Origin: an uncultured Anaerolineales bacterium
GTDB taxonomy: Bacteria > Chloroflexota > Anaerolineae > Anaerolineales > UBA11858
Assembly: GCA_964621835.1 (NCBI GenBank)
Contig: CAZUMA010000002.1
Coordinates: 92,392 to 156,391 of the forward strand
DNA: 64,000 bases
Direction: 5' to 3'
Of this stretch, positions 27,452 through 37,728 are shown one piece after another. The position numbers and the translations under genes are program-made. Numbering within the stretch: position 1 is the first letter of the stretch; the number at the start of each line of letters is the position of its first letter. The notes beneath the pieces are model-generated. The model ran no database searches. It worked only from the letters and a program-made list of their open reading frames with translations, and was not told where the DNA came from.

Positions 27452-29959
27452 TCAGCTGATATCTCCCTGCTGACCTTGATTCCAGAATTGGGTAATTGCC
27501 TCCGCCAGGGCTTGGTGGTCTTTCATCATGAGATCTGGATCCTCCTGGAAAAGCTCACTGGCGAAATGGCGGGCTGTTTCTATGATCTCAATGTCCAGCG
27601 TGGCTGCCACCCTTAATTCTGAAAAACCAGACTGGCGCGTCCCCAGGAATTGTCCCGGTCCCCGTAAGTTCAGGTCAATCTCAGCCAGTTCGAACCCATC
27701 ATTGGTCTTGGCCATCGCTTGCAGGCGCTGATTCTCTACTTCCTCCGCGCTTCCAGGAATGAGGATGCAGAAGGACTGCTGATCACCACGTCCCACCCGC
27801 CCACGAAACTGGTGCAGCTGTGCCAGCCCGAATCGATCTGCTCCTTCTACCAGCATCACAGTTGCAGCAGGGATATCAACCCCCACCTCAACCACCGAAG
27901 TGGATACCAAAATGTCGAGCTCCTTGTTTCTGAATTGAGTCATCACCTGCTCTTTTTCTTCTGGGCGGAGACGGCCATGCAGCAATCCCAGGGACCGCTT
28001 CGGGAAAACTTCCCGTTGCAATCGCTGATATTCATCGACCGCAGCTTTCTCATCAATTTGATCACTTTCTTCAACCAGGGGATAGATCATAAACGCTTGA
28101 TGGCCTTTTTCGACCTGCTGCCGGATGAGGCCGTAAGCTCGTTCCGTCTCGCTGGGGTAGAGCAGATGGGTTTCTACCGGTTGACGGCCTGGGGGAAGTT
28201 CATCGATCACCGAAAGCTCCAGATCCCCATAAAGGGTGAGAGCAAGCGAACGGGGAATCGGGGTGGCAGTCATCACCAAAAGATGGGGATTCTCACCTTT
28301 TTGACGGAGTGCTCCGCGCTGTTCAACGCCAAACCGGTGCTGTTCATCCACGACGGCTAATTGTAGATCCTGAAACTCAACCGGGTCTTGAAGCAGGGCG
28401 TGCGTCCCAATCACCAGCTTGGTGGTACCCTTTGCTAACTGCTGGCGGATCTCCTCTTTCTCGGTGTCTGGTGTGGAGCCGATCAGCAGGCGGATTTCAT
28501 CTTCCTGGAGGATGGGATCCCTCCCAGACAGGAGGGTAGAAAAGCTCAGGAAATGCTGTTCGGCAAGGATGCTTGTGGGTGCCATCACGGCCGCCTGGCT
28601 GCCCTCTTTGATGACAATGGAAGCGGCCAGGGCGGCGATCACCGTTTTCCCGGATCCAACATCTCCTTGCAGGAGACGGTTCATTGGATGACCGGAGGAA
28701 AGATCCTGTCTGACCTGCTGGAGAGCTTTTTGTTGAGCGGAGGTGAGCTGGAAAGGAAGGGTTGACAGCTGGGCAGCAAGCCAATCATCTGGGCTCTGAA
28801 ATGATTTCGCGGCTCGTTTTTCCCAGCGGTGTTTTTGTTTTAAAACCCCCATCTGCAGCAGAAAGATCTCGTCAAAAGCCAATCTTTTTCTTGCTTTCCA
28901 GAGCGCTTCTTTTGACTCTGGAAAATGAATTTCCTGAACAGCTTTGTGGAGAGGGGGGAGGTCGGCTGCTGTCACCAGGTTGGGAGGCAGCGGGTCATCC
29001 AGGTAAGGAGCATACTTTTCGACCACCTGATGGACGAGTCCGCGGAGCCATTTTTGGGTGAGATCCTGGGTCAGGGGATAAACGGGGACGATCCGGTTAG
29101 TGTGAAGCTGCTCCTCGCTCAATGGTTCCCAATCCGGATTGTTCATGGTTAACCGGCCCAGGTATTGATCAATTTCCCCGCTGATCACCACCTGTTTTGC
29201 TTTCCTAAGCTGCTGGGCAATCCAGGGTTGATTGAACCAGGTTACCCTGAGAGAGCCGCTTTTATCAGAGATGACGGCTTCCACAATTTTCATTTTCCCG
29301 CTGCGAACTGTGCGGGTATTCACATCCTTGACTGTCCCGATAATGGTGACTTCCTCCCCAAACCAGAGGGAATCAATCGGTTTCAATTCTGAGTAATCAT
29401 CATGCCTTCTGGGGATGAGGTATAACAGGTCAAGAATCGTCCTGACACCAAGTCGCTCCAGGGCTGACGACCGTTTCGGACCCACCCCCTTTAAGGTGGT
29501 CACCGGGGCTTGAAAGTTCAGGTCCGGGGGAGGAGAGGGGGGGGGTTGTTCGGGTTGTTTTTCGGCTTGTGCTGCTGTGGGTTTCTGGTCCCGCTCCCCA
29601 ACTGCCTCTTTCTGATCTTCTGCACCCTCGAAGGATGGTTGTCTGGCTGATTTGGCGGGTTCTTCGGGGGCAGGTTGCTGGGGTGGGGATGCTTCTTGGG
29701 GATGCTCCTCGATTTCTTTTTGCACCCGCTGCCAGATGCCCTTGAGAACGACTTCCCTGGATTCACTGCTCAGTTGGTGATAATCTCGCAAGCGTGTGAT
29801 CACCGCCTGGATGGTTTGTTCAGGCAGGTTGTCTTTTCTTGCTTCCAATTCCCATGCAGAAAGGATATTTGCCAATCCCCCCATGACTGCTTTATTGTCA
29901 TACCCCCTTTTGGCTTCCAGTCTGAAAAAATTCCGTAGTTTTTGTATCGATTTCATCAT
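27452..29959 (-). CDS. recG: ATP-dependent DNA helicase RecG
   Basis: Wedge/OB region, then helicase motifs LLQGDVGSGKT, VVDEQHRFG, MTATPIPRS, LHGRL...VSTSVVEVGVDIP and LHQFRGRVGRG. There is a Pro/Gln-rich insertion near the N-terminus. Confidence 0.96.
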   Translation of the reverse strand: MMKSIQKLRNFFRLEAKRGYDNKAVMGGLANILSAWELEARKDNLPEQTIQAVITRLRDYHQLSSESREVVLKGIWQRVQKEIEEHPQEASPPQQPAPEEPAKSARQPSFEGAEDQKEAVGERDQKPTAAQAEKQPEQPPPSPPPDLNFQAPVTTLKGVGPKRSSALERLGVRTILDLLYLIPRRHDDYSELKPIDSLWFGEEVTIIGTVKDVNTRTVRSGKMKIVEAVISDKSGSLRVTWFNQPWIAQQLRKAKQVVISGEIDQYLGRLTMNNPDWEPLSEEQLHTNRIVPVYPLTQDLTQKWLRGLVHQVVEKYAPYLDDPLPPNLVTAADLPPLHKAVQEIHFPESKEALWKARKRLAFDEIFLLQMGVLKQKHRWEKRAAKSFQSPDDWLAAQLSTLPFQLTSAQQKALQQVRQDLSSGHPMNRLLQGDVGSGKTVIAALAASIVIKEGSQAAVMAPTSILAEQHFLSFSTLLSGRDPILQEDEIRLLIGSTPDTEKEEIRQQLAKGTTKLVIGTHALLQDPVEFQDLQLAVVDEQHRFGVEQRGALRQKGENPHLLVMTATPIPRSLALTLYGDLELSVIDELPPGRQPVETHLLYPSETERAYGLIRQQVEKGHQAFMIYPLVEESDQIDEKAAVDEYQRLQREVFPKRSLGLLHGRLRPEEKEQVMTQFRNKELDILVSTSVVEVGVDIPAATVMLVEGADRFGLAQLHQFRGRVGRGDQQSFCILIPGSAEEVENQRLQAMAKTNDGFELAEIDLNLRGPGQFLGTRQSGFSELRVAATLDIEIIETARHFASELFQEDPDLMMKDHQALAEAITQFWNQGQQGDIS

Positions 29960-29965
29960 TGCAAT

Positions 29966-30796
29966 TTATTTTACCACTGCTGCAAACCCAAGTCCGCCAG
30001 GACCCACATGGGTGCCGATGATTGTAGTGACATTGACCAGAATCGGGTCCTGGAGAGACAGCTGCTGATAGATTTCCTGAAATTCCTTCCCCTCCTGCTC
30101 AGCGTTTGTGTGGAGCACTGCCAGATTTTTCAGCGGACCGAGCCTGATCAGGAATTCACCTAATCGACGGATGCCATTTCTACGGGTCCGGGTTAACCCC
30201 CGCTGGTACACCACCCCGTCCCTCAGTTCTACGATCGGTTTGATATTCAGAAGAGCCCCCATTTGAGCTTTTGCCCAGGATACGCGCCCACTGCGATGGA
30301 TGTACTTAAAGGTATCCAGCAGGGCATAGACATGGGTGGCTCTGCGAACGCTTTTCGTGATCCCCAGGATCTTCTCAACGGGCAGTTTATCTCTGGCAGC
30401 TCTGGCCGCCTCGATCACCTGGAAACCAAGCCCCAGAGAAAGCTGCCGGCTGTCAATCACATGGATGCGATCCTGAAACTTACTGGCAGCGAGTCTGGCC
30501 GCATTGAATATGCCGCTTAGGTTGCTCGCTGCATGAATGGATAATATCTGGGAAAACCCGCTGGTGAGGACGGTATCATACAGATCCTGGAAAAGACCCA
30601 CAGCTGGTGCTGCTGTGGTGGGGAGGGGATCACAGAAAGGTAATCGTTGATAAAACTCCTTTCTTGATAGACCAGGTCCATCCTGGTATTCCTGGTCTTC
30701 CAGCTGGAGGACAGCCGGGATTTGAAAAATGTTCAGCTCCTCCATGAAGGGAATTGGTACATCTGAGGTGCTGTCCGTGACGATGGCAACCGGCAA
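29966..30796 (-). CDS. DegV-family fatty-acid-binding protein
   Basis: AIVTDSTSD N-terminus, HVIDSRQLSLG and THVGPG motifs typical of DegV. Confidence 0.9.
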   Translation of the reverse strand: MPVAIVTDSTSDVPIPFMEELNIFQIPAVLQLEDQEYQDGPGLSRKEFYQRLPFCDPLPTTAAPAVGLFQDLYDTVLTSGFSQILSIHAASNLSGIFNAARLAASKFQDRIHVIDSRQLSLGLGFQVIEAARAARDKLPVEKILGITKSVRRATHVYALLDTFKYIHRSGRVSWAKAQMGALLNIKPIVELRDGVVYQRGLTRTRRNGIRRLGEFLIRLGPLKNLAVLHTNAEQEGKEFQEIYQQLSLQDPILVNVTTIIGTHVGPGGLGFAAVVK

Positions 30797-30910
30797 TGTA
30801 AGCTCCTTCTGACTGCAAAAAAAAATCGGCGCACCAATTTAAGGAATGCCGGTTCTGAATGCGAATGGATAAAAATGGAGCATCTAACTGGATGGATCGT
30901 GGGGAACCTG

Positions 30911-32587
30911 TTATTCAATCGAGATGATAAATTGATAATGAGGTTGACCGCCGTATTGAAGCTCAACAATCTGATCCGGGTATTCCCCTTCGATGATATC
31001 TGCCATGCTTTTTGCTTCTGTTCCTGAAATATTTTCTCCAAAGAACAAGGTGATGAGCTCGTATTCACTTGCATTTGCCTCTTTTAAAAACCTCAGGCAA
31101 CCTTCCCGCAGTGTTTTATTTGAGCTGACCAGCTTCCCGTTGTGAAGAACGATGATTTCGCCCTCTTCGACAGCGATCCCATCAATCTCCGCATCCCTGA
31201 CCGCCGTGGTCACTTCTCCGCTTTCCACATCCATCATGGCTGTTTTCATTTCCTCAGTAATTTTTTCCAGCTCCTGACCGGGGATCAACCGTAGCATGGC
31301 TGCCAATCCTTGCGGAACGGTGATCGTCGGGATGACTTTGACATCTTTCACCGACAGGTCTGCCGCGGATTGAGCTGCCATATGAATGTTTTTATTATTG
31401 GGAAGAATGATAATCTTGTCCGTGGCAAGATCTTCAAACGCTGCGAGGATTTCCTGGGTGCTGGGATTCATTGTTTGCCCGCCTTCAACAATAGCCCCTG
31501 CGCCAAGGCTGGCAAATATCCGGGAAAACCCCAGGCCGGGGGACACTACCACGACCGCGATGTCCCCGGGTTTTACTGGAGCCAGCTCGATGGGTTCTGA
31601 ATCCCCGGGGGATCCGTTCGTTCCCATCTGCTCCATCAAATTTTCAATATGCACCTTGGAAATGGTTCCCAGCGTCATTGTATAATCGATCGGTTCATAA
31701 CGTTTTTCCGTGGGGACATGGATATGCATTCGGTACAGGCCATCCCCTTCACCTACCTGGATGGAGGTGCCAATTTTCTCCAGCTGTTCATAGAAATTTT
31801 CCAGTTTCAGGGGGTTGTGCGGGACAAAGTCCACAATCACTTCATAGTCCTGTCCGGGTTCCGCGGCGCTGAGGGCTTCTTCCTTCCCAATCAAGGAGAG
31901 CGGTTTGACATGAACTGGTTCAACATCCAGAGGCTCATTGTTCAGGTAGCGGATCATCCCCTCAAAGATAATAAACAATCCCTGACCACCGGCATCCACA
32001 ACCCCCGCCTCCCGCAGGACATCTAAAAGCTCCGGGGTTCTTTCAACGGACTCGCGAGCAGCTTCCGTGATCATTTCAAGGATCTTGTAGGGGTTGGAAT
32101 GTTTTTCAAGGGCTTGTTTTGCAGCCAGAGCGGAATCTTTTGTGACGGTCAGGATCGTCCCCTCAACGGGCCGGACCACTCCCTTGTATGCGGTATCCCG
32201 GGCTTGTTGAAATCCCTCTACCAGCGTTTTCCCGTCCAGCGTTTTTGACGAGTCAATTCCTTTTGAAAAACCTCGCCAGATCTGAGAGAGAATTACACCG
32301 GAATTTCCCCTCGCACCCATCAGGGCGCCGTGTGCTAATCGCTCCGCTAAGGTGCCAACATGATCCTCGGATGTGCTGTTGAGCTCGTCGCAGGCAGCCT
32401 GAAGGGTCAGAACCATATTCGTCCCGGTGTCCCCATCCGGGACCGGGAAGACATTCAATGCGTTTACAGCTTCTTGATTCGTCCGCAGCCAGGTCAAACC
32501 AGCTTCGATCAGATCTTTAAATATTGGCCCATCGATTTCCTGAGAATAGTGATCGATTGATTGTTCACTCATGCGCGTTTTCTCCAA
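30911..32587 (-). CDS. DAK2-domain fusion protein (YloV-like)
   Basis: DhaL/Dak2 motifs: PDGDTGTNM, GARGNSGVILSQ, DAGGQGL. A C-terminal YloV-type domain follows. It sits next to asp23 as in Firmicutes. Confidence 0.9.
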   Translation of the reverse strand: MEKTRMSEQSIDHYSQEIDGPIFKDLIEAGLTWLRTNQEAVNALNVFPVPDGDTGTNMVLTLQAACDELNSTSEDHVGTLAERLAHGALMGARGNSGVILSQIWRGFSKGIDSSKTLDGKTLVEGFQQARDTAYKGVVRPVEGTILTVTKDSALAAKQALEKHSNPYKILEMITEAARESVERTPELLDVLREAGVVDAGGQGLFIIFEGMIRYLNNEPLDVEPVHVKPLSLIGKEEALSAAEPGQDYEVIVDFVPHNPLKLENFYEQLEKIGTSIQVGEGDGLYRMHIHVPTEKRYEPIDYTMTLGTISKVHIENLMEQMGTNGSPGDSEPIELAPVKPGDIAVVVVSPGLGFSRIFASLGAGAIVEGGQTMNPSTQEILAAFEDLATDKIIILPNNKNIHMAAQSAADLSVKDVKVIPTITVPQGLAAMLRLIPGQELEKITEEMKTAMMDVESGEVTTAVRDAEIDGIAVEEGEIIVLHNGKLVSSNKTLREGCLRFLKEANASEYELITLFFGENISGTEAKSMADIIEGEYPDQIVELQYGGQPHYQFIISIE

Positions 32588-32617
32588 CCATGGAGGAATT
32601 CCAAATCCTGCCGGGGT

Positions 32618-32977
32618 TTATTCTTCACCGTTGCTCACCCGGAGTCCCTGGACATGAATGTTGATTTCATTGACTGGAAGTCCAATGGTGTTTTCGACCT
32701 GATAGCGAACAGTGTTTGCGACACTGGCGGCCACAGATTTTATTCGCGTTCCATACTCTACAACGATGTAGATATCGATATCAATTCGCTGATTATTATA
32801 TTCAACATCAATTCCATGAGTGGGGTCTTTGACAATGGCGTGGGCGATCCCATCGGCAATGTTTTTTGAGGCAAGTCCCACGACACCATAGGACTGCAGG
32901 ACAGCCTGGAAAGCGATGGTCGCTATGGCCTGTTTGGAAATTTGAATGTTTCCATATGGGGTCTGCTGGTTTTTCAT
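32618..32977 (-). CDS. Asp23/Gls24-family envelope stress protein
   Basis: ISKQAIATIA...VVGLA...GIDVEYNNQ...IDIYIVVEYG. Start at ATG 32977 (MKNQQTPYG). Confidence 0.88.
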   Translation of the reverse strand: MKNQQTPYGNIQISKQAIATIAFQAVLQSYGVVGLASKNIADGIAHAIVKDPTHGIDVEYNNQRIDIDIYIVVEYGTRIKSVAASVANTVRYQVENTIGLPVNEINIHVQGLRVSNGEE

Positions 32978-33236
32978 GCTTTTTCTCCCTTTCCTTTCTG
33001 GAGTATAACGGGCAAAAGCAGATCCTTCAGATGCCAAATGATAACATAAATCCCTGAAGGCGGTAAGGTTCTACTTGTGGATCGACAGGTTGTATGGTAT
33101 GATTTTCGCGCTGGTTTGTTGAGCATCCCTCGGACAAGCCCGGGCTTTTTTTACAGCAGGAAGAGGTTGATGTCTTACCGGTTGCTCCCTCCAGCAGGAT
33201 TAAGCAAGGTTTGGAAGAGAAATTGAGGGAAAGTAT

Positions 33237-33416
33237 ATGGCGAAATGTGAGCATTGTGGTAAAACCACGCAATTTGGTCAAAATCGACCATGGTCCAAGA
33301 AAGCAACAAAAAGGACCTTTAAACCCAACCTGCAGAAAGTCACAGTATATGAGGATGGGAAAAAGGTTCGAAAAACCTTATGCACCCGCTGCATCCGGAC
33401 TCTGACTAAGGTGTAG
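33237..33416 (+). CDS. rpmB: 50S ribosomal protein L28
   Basis: My own translation is [59 protein letters not shown] (59 aa, below the ORF-track cutoff). SD is GAGGGA. A terminator follows. Confidence 0.93.
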   Translation: MAKCEHCGKTTQFGQNRPWSKKATKRTFKPNLQKVTVYEDGKKVRKTLCTRCIRTLTKV

Positions 33417-33453
33417 CCTGCTTCTGGTAACACCTGACAGATCCTTTCGTTTT

Positions 33454-33490
33454 GGTTACCGGCAGACACCGCCGGTAACCTTTTTGTTTT
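33454..33490 (+). terminator. Rho-independent terminator after rpmB (GGTTACCGGC-N7-GCCGGTAACC + TTTTTGTTTT)
   Basis: 10-bp perfect stem followed by a T-run, read directly. The T-run overlaps the stop of the convergent rpe gene. Confidence 0.75.
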
Positions 33491-34157
33491 AATCCGGGAG
33501 TTTTGCCTGCAGGGCTTGGATCCCAGCTGCTATTCCCTGGGGGTGGTCAAAGATTGCACTTGCGGCTACAAACACCTGTGCGCCCTGGGCCACAGTCTCT
33601 GAAATAGTTTCTGCACTGATTCCACCATCTACTTCAATCAGGGCGCCTGGATTTATCTCATCCAGGTGTTTTCGAATTTGACCAATTTTCGGCACCACAT
33701 CTGCCATAAAGCTCTGTCCAGAATACCCGGGATTGACCGTCATGACCAGCACAAGATCGGCCAGCGGAAAATAAGGCTCAATTGCACTGACCGGGGTGGC
33801 AGGATTCAAGGTGATTCCAGCTTTGCATCCCAGTGCCTTGACTTTGGATAAGGTCCGCTTCAGGTCAGGGCAGGTTTCCACATGCACTGTGAGAACATCC
33901 GATCCAGCAGCAGCAAAATCTTCCAAGAGGTCGTCCGGGTTCGTGATCATCAAGTGGACATCGAGCGGCAATTCTGTGATCCGGCGGCAGGTTTCGACGA
34001 TGAATGGTCCCATGGTCAGGTTGGGGACAAAATGTCCATCCATGACATCGATGTGGATCCAGTCCGCTCCCGCTTGCTCCGCTTGTTGGATTTGCTCCCC
34101 CAGGCGGGAAAAATCAGCTGAGAGAATCGAGGGAGAGATCAGGTATTGTTTTTTCAT
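33489..34157 (-). CDS. rpe: Ribulose-phosphate 3-epimerase
   Basis: ISPSILSADF, HIDVMDGHFVPN, MTVNPG and DGGI motifs. ATG 34157 (MKKQYLISPS) is preferred over TTG 34166. Confidence 0.95.
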   Translation of the reverse strand: MKKQYLISPSILSADFSRLGEQIQQAEQAGADWIHIDVMDGHFVPNLTMGPFIVETCRRITELPLDVHLMITNPDDLLEDFAAAGSDVLTVHVETCPDLKRTLSKVKALGCKAGITLNPATPVSAIEPYFPLADLVLVMTVNPGYSGQSFMADVVPKIGQIRKHLDEINPGALIEVDGGISAETISETVAQGAQVFVAASAIFDHPQGIAAGIQALQAKLPD

Positions 34158-34253
34158 AGGTGGCAAATAGCTGGTACTAAACGAATTCAGGCAGATCTGC
34201 TTGGCCCTTGTTTCTGTCCCGAAACCGGGTTCTTTCTCCTTGAATCAGGATCC

Positions 34254-35270
34254 TCAGTTGATCTGGAAGTAAACCCAGATCCAGAAGGGTACCAATCCTC
34301 CGACGGCGAGAAGGGCTATCATGCCCAAGAGGACGGTCAACCATCGGTGAGCGGATTGTTTTTGTTCCAGGGAAGTCAGCGTTTCACGCTTGATCTGCCG
34401 TGGATGCGGTTCAGAGCTTGCGGAGTCCGATTCATACACCGGGGGTCGGTACTTCTTCTGAGTGAAATTGATCATGATCCGGCCCAGCTGATCCGCAGTC
34501 CGGTACCTGGAAGATGGTTCCTTTGACAGGACTTTCAAGAGGATGGTTTCCAGCTCGGGGGTGATATCCGGATTGATTTCCCGAGGGTTGGGTGGATCCT
34601 GATAGCGGTGCATGAGAGCCAGCTCTTGTGGGGATGTATGGACAAACGGGAGCTCCCCGGTGAGCATCTGGTACAGGACAACACCAAGACTGTAGACATC
34701 CGATGCGGGAGAAGGGGCCCTGCCTGCAGCTTGTTCCGGGGAGAAATAGGCCGGGGATCCCCAGACAGCTTCCAGCTGTTCATCTGGTCTCACTGAGGCC
34801 AGCGCCCGTGCAATACCAAAATCGGTAACCTTCAGGCGGTGATCCGGGGTGATCAGCATATTGTGAGGTTTAATATCACAATGGACCAGGCCGGCGCGGT
34901 GAGCATAGCCGATCCCAGCACAGGCTTGAACAAACAGCCGGGAGGCAAAGCCAGTGGATAGCTTTCCTTTTTTTTCAATGACTTGTTTCAGATCGGTCCC
35001 CGGAACATATTCCATTACAATGAAGAGGCGGTTTTGATCAAATCCGAAATCATGAACAGTTACAATATTGGGGTGTGTCAGATTGGCAGCAGCCCGGGCT
35101 TCTTCTTTGAATCGCTCCTGAAAGGCAGGGGAGGAGGAGAAATCTTCTTTCAGGACCTTGATGGCAATCATCCGCTCCAGCATCAGATCTGTTGCCTGGT
35201 AGACAAGCGCCATCCCCCCTTGACCGAGCGGTTGATCCAGCTGATAGCGGTGATTAAGCACTTCTTTCAT
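34254..35270 (-). CDS. Hanks-type Ser/Thr protein kinase with C-terminal TM anchor (PrkC-like position, no PASTA domains)
   Basis: GQGGMALVY P-loop, AIK, HCDIKPHN, DFG and SPE motifs, with a single TM at the extreme C-terminus. ATG 35270 (AAGGA upstream) is preferred; GTG 35285 is also possible. Confidence 0.9.
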   Translation of the reverse strand: MKEVLNHRYQLDQPLGQGGMALVYQATDLMLERMIAIKVLKEDFSSSPAFQERFKEEARAAANLTHPNIVTVHDFGFDQNRLFIVMEYVPGTDLKQVIEKKGKLSTGFASRLFVQACAGIGYAHRAGLVHCDIKPHNMLITPDHRLKVTDFGIARALASVRPDEQLEAVWGSPAYFSPEQAAGRAPSPASDVYSLGVVLYQMLTGELPFVHTSPQELALMHRYQDPPNPREINPDITPELETILLKVLSKEPSSRYRTADQLGRIMINFTQKKYRPPVYESDSASSEPHPRQIKRETLTSLEQKQSAHRWLTVLLGMIALLAVGGLVPFWIWVYFQIN

Positions 35271-35335
35271 GCTGTCGTCCTTCACTTCAAATTCAGACTT
35301 GATTGTACCACTCTTGATTTGACGCTCACTGGGGT

Positions 35336-36328
35336 ATGGAGTACACTGATTTGTACTGCTTGGAAAGGAGTCAGACGAGTTCTATGAGGGCAACGTTGAT
35401 CTATAATCCCATGGCCGGTCGCTTTCCATCCCTGCCCTTGGTAGAACGAGCGGCGAATCTTTTACAAACCAATGGATGGGAGATTGAAATTGTTCGCACT
35501 GCAGAATCAGAAGATATCACCAGGGTGGCAGAGAAAGCCGCAGCTCAAAAAAAGGAAGCCATTTTTGTTGCTGGAGGGGACGGCTCGGTGCATAAAGCCG
35601 CCGCGGGATTGATGGGGAGTCAGACAGCGCTGGGCGTGCTGCCTGCCGGTACTGCAAATGTTTGGGCTCAGGAACTGGGGCTGCCCGGATTGTCATGGAC
35701 GAACTGGTCTGCCTTGGAAACCAGCGTGAAGAAGCTCATCAACGGATCTGTGCGAACAATGGACCTGGGGAGGTGTCAGGGGAAGCCATTTCTGCTCTGG
35801 GCAGGAATTGGCTTTGATGCGTTTGTGGTTCATCATTTAGAGCCAAGATCACGGCTTCAAAAACAATTTGCTCTCCCACAGTATGCTGCCAATGCCGCCT
35901 GGTATGCCCGTACGTGGTCCGGTATGGATCTAGAAATCCGGGTGGATGACCAGGATATATCGGGGATGTTTATCCTCGCCCTGGTGACGAATGTCCACCT
36001 GTATGCCGGGGGACTTGCGGAGGTCGCTCCAAGTGCCCGCATTGATGATCAGCAAATGGACTTGTGGTTGTTTTCTGGCGACACCCTCGCGGAAACCCTG
36101 CAGCATGTCTGGGCGGTTGTAACTGGGAATCTTTCAAAATCCCAGCAGGTAGCATCCTACCGGTGTAGGACACTCCAGATTCGGTCTCAACAGGAGCTCT
36201 ACCTGCAGGTGGATGGGGAACCGCTCACTCCAGCGACAACGGTGCAAATTGACATTCAACCACAATCGCTCCGGGTTATCGTGCCGGAAACGCTCCCCCG
36301 GCCCTTATTTTCCGAGAAAGAGATATGA
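35336..36328 (+). CDS. Diacylglycerol/lipid kinase family protein (YegS/BmrU type)
   Basis: LIYNPMAGR, VAGGDGSVH and LPAGTANV motifs. Alternative start at ATG 35384. Confidence 0.88.
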   Translation: MEYTDLYCLERSQTSSMRATLIYNPMAGRFPSLPLVERAANLLQTNGWEIEIVRTAESEDITRVAEKAAAQKKEAIFVAGGDGSVHKAAAGLMGSQTALGVLPAGTANVWAQELGLPGLSWTNWSALETSVKKLINGSVRTMDLGRCQGKPFLLWAGIGFDAFVVHHLEPRSRLQKQFALPQYAANAAWYARTWSGMDLEIRVDDQDISGMFILALVTNVHLYAGGLAEVAPSARIDDQQMDLWLFSGDTLAETLQHVWAVVTGNLSKSQQVASYRCRTLQIRSQQELYLQVDGEPLTPATTVQIDIQPQSLRVIVPETLPRPLFSEKEI

Positions 36329-36783
36329 AAGATGTACTGAGTCCCTGGGTAATCGCAGGCTCCGTGATCCTCGCGGGGTTGTTGCTGACCGGATTGTTCT
36401 GGTTGTCAGGGTTTATAGCTGCAGCAGGGTCTCTGGAGTACAGTGGGGAAGCAGCGCTGACGATTATTCCCAACCCGACTGCGACCCCTACGCTGAACCC
36501 CACCTCACCACCCCTGGCGGCAACCCCAACCGACGACGGCCTGATTCAGGTTGGGGGATATGTCAAAATAACTGGCACAGAAGGGTCAGGGCTGCGCCTC
36601 CGGGATCAACCCTCCCTGAATGGAGATATCAAATTTTTAGGCATGGAAGATGAAATTTTTTTGGTGATCGACGGCCCGGAAGATCGGGATGGATACCTGT
36701 GGTGGTATTTACAGGCCCCGGCCAATGAATCCCGCCAGGGATGGGCTGCGGCTAATTTTCTTGTTGCAGCTCAAGGGCAATAA
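36325..36783 (+). CDS. Membrane-anchored SH3b-like domain protein
   Basis: N-terminal TM, a Pro/Thr linker, and an SH3-like segment GYVKITGTEGSGLRLRDQPSLNG...GYLWWYL...GWAAANFL. The ATGA overlaps the preceding gene. Confidence 0.6.
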   Translation: MKDVLSPWVIAGSVILAGLLLTGLFWLSGFIAAAGSLEYSGEAALTIIPNPTATPTLNPTSPPLAATPTDDGLIQVGGYVKITGTEGSGLRLRDQPSLNGDIKFLGMEDEIFLVIDGPEDRDGYLWWYLQAPANESRQGWAAANFLVAAQGQ

Positions 36784-36815
36784 AAAAAACAGCACGTCCC
36801 CCCTGACGTCCTGTT
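36782..36815 (-). terminator. Rho-independent terminator of the LuxR-type regulator gene (minus strand: hairpin then T8)
   Basis: Minus-strand read is ACAGGACGTC-loop-GACGTGCTGT followed by TTTTTTTT, with one mismatch in the stem. Confidence 0.6.
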
Positions 36816-36847
36816 GTGAATGTTTGATGTTGATTGAGCCCCCCCAC

Positions 36848-37519
36848 TCAGTCCTTTGTCAGGTGGACCAGGTGGTTTCGTAAGTTGTGCTTAACAGCAT
36901 AGGCAGCTGCCTCCGCCCGATTGCTCACATCAAGTTTGGAGAGGATGCTGCTGACGTAATTTCGGACAGTCCCTTCCCCGAGGTATAGTGTTTTGGCTAT
37001 TTCCCGGTTTGTTTTCCCTTCAGAAACATGAATGAGGACATGTTTTTCCTGGTCAGTCAGTTCAGCGAAAGCCGAGGCTTCCTCCTCCCGAGCTGCCTTA
37101 CGCACCTCTTTAAAAACCCGCTGGGTCACAGCAGGATCCAGCAGGGCTTCCCCTCTGCCAACTGCTTCGATGGCATCAATTAGCTCATCACTTCCCACCT
37201 GTTTCAGGACATACCCGGATGCGCCTGCCCGAATCGCAGAAAAAAGCATTTCATCTTCCGCATAGGAGGTGAGCATGATCACCTTTGTATCCGGATGCTT
37301 TTCAATAATCTCACTGCAGGCTTCGATCCCTGATCCACCGGGAAGTCGAATATCCATTACCACGACATCCGGGTGGTACTGGTCAGCTTTGGAGATTGCC
37401 TCTTCCCCCGTAGCCGCCTCAGCAACAACCTGGAACTTTGAATGGCGGTTCAGTAACGATTTTAATCCCAATCGAACCACTTCATGGTCATCGACAAGTA
37501 AAATTCGCTGCATGGACAT
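36848..37519 (-). CDS. NarL/FixJ (LuxR-type HTH) response regulator
   Basis: Receiver domain ([22 protein letters not shown]) plus a LuxR HTH ([43 protein letters not shown]). Confidence 0.93.
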   Translation of the reverse strand: MSMQRILLVDDHEVVRLGLKSLLNRHSKFQVVAEAATGEEAISKADQYHPDVVVMDIRLPGGSGIEACSEIIEKHPDTKVIMLTSYAEDEMLFSAIRAGASGYVLKQVGSDELIDAIEAVGRGEALLDPAVTQRVFKEVRKAAREEEASAFAELTDQEKHVLIHVSEGKTNREIAKTLYLGEGTVRNYVSSILSKLDVSNRAEAAAYAVKHNLRNHLVHLTKD

Positions 37520-37728
37520 CTTGTCAGGCTCCTCAACCTGGATGAGTTGAGTATAGCTTATCCTGCTCCCGGTGGCAAGGAAGACCCGAAATAATGTGGG
37601 GAAGAGAAATCCATAATCCCTTCCCTTTATGTTTCTCCTGGTATCAGTGTAGTCTGCTGATATTAGTCAAAGATGAATTCGGCGTTAATTCTATGTATTA
37701 CCTGCCTGGCAGGAAGCGTTGGATCTGC

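Noticed and set aside
33137-33152. AGCCCGGGCT + T7 upstream of rpmB, as a possible attenuator or L28 leader terminator
   Set aside because: The palindrome allows only a 3-4-bp stem once a loop is formed. That is too weak to call.
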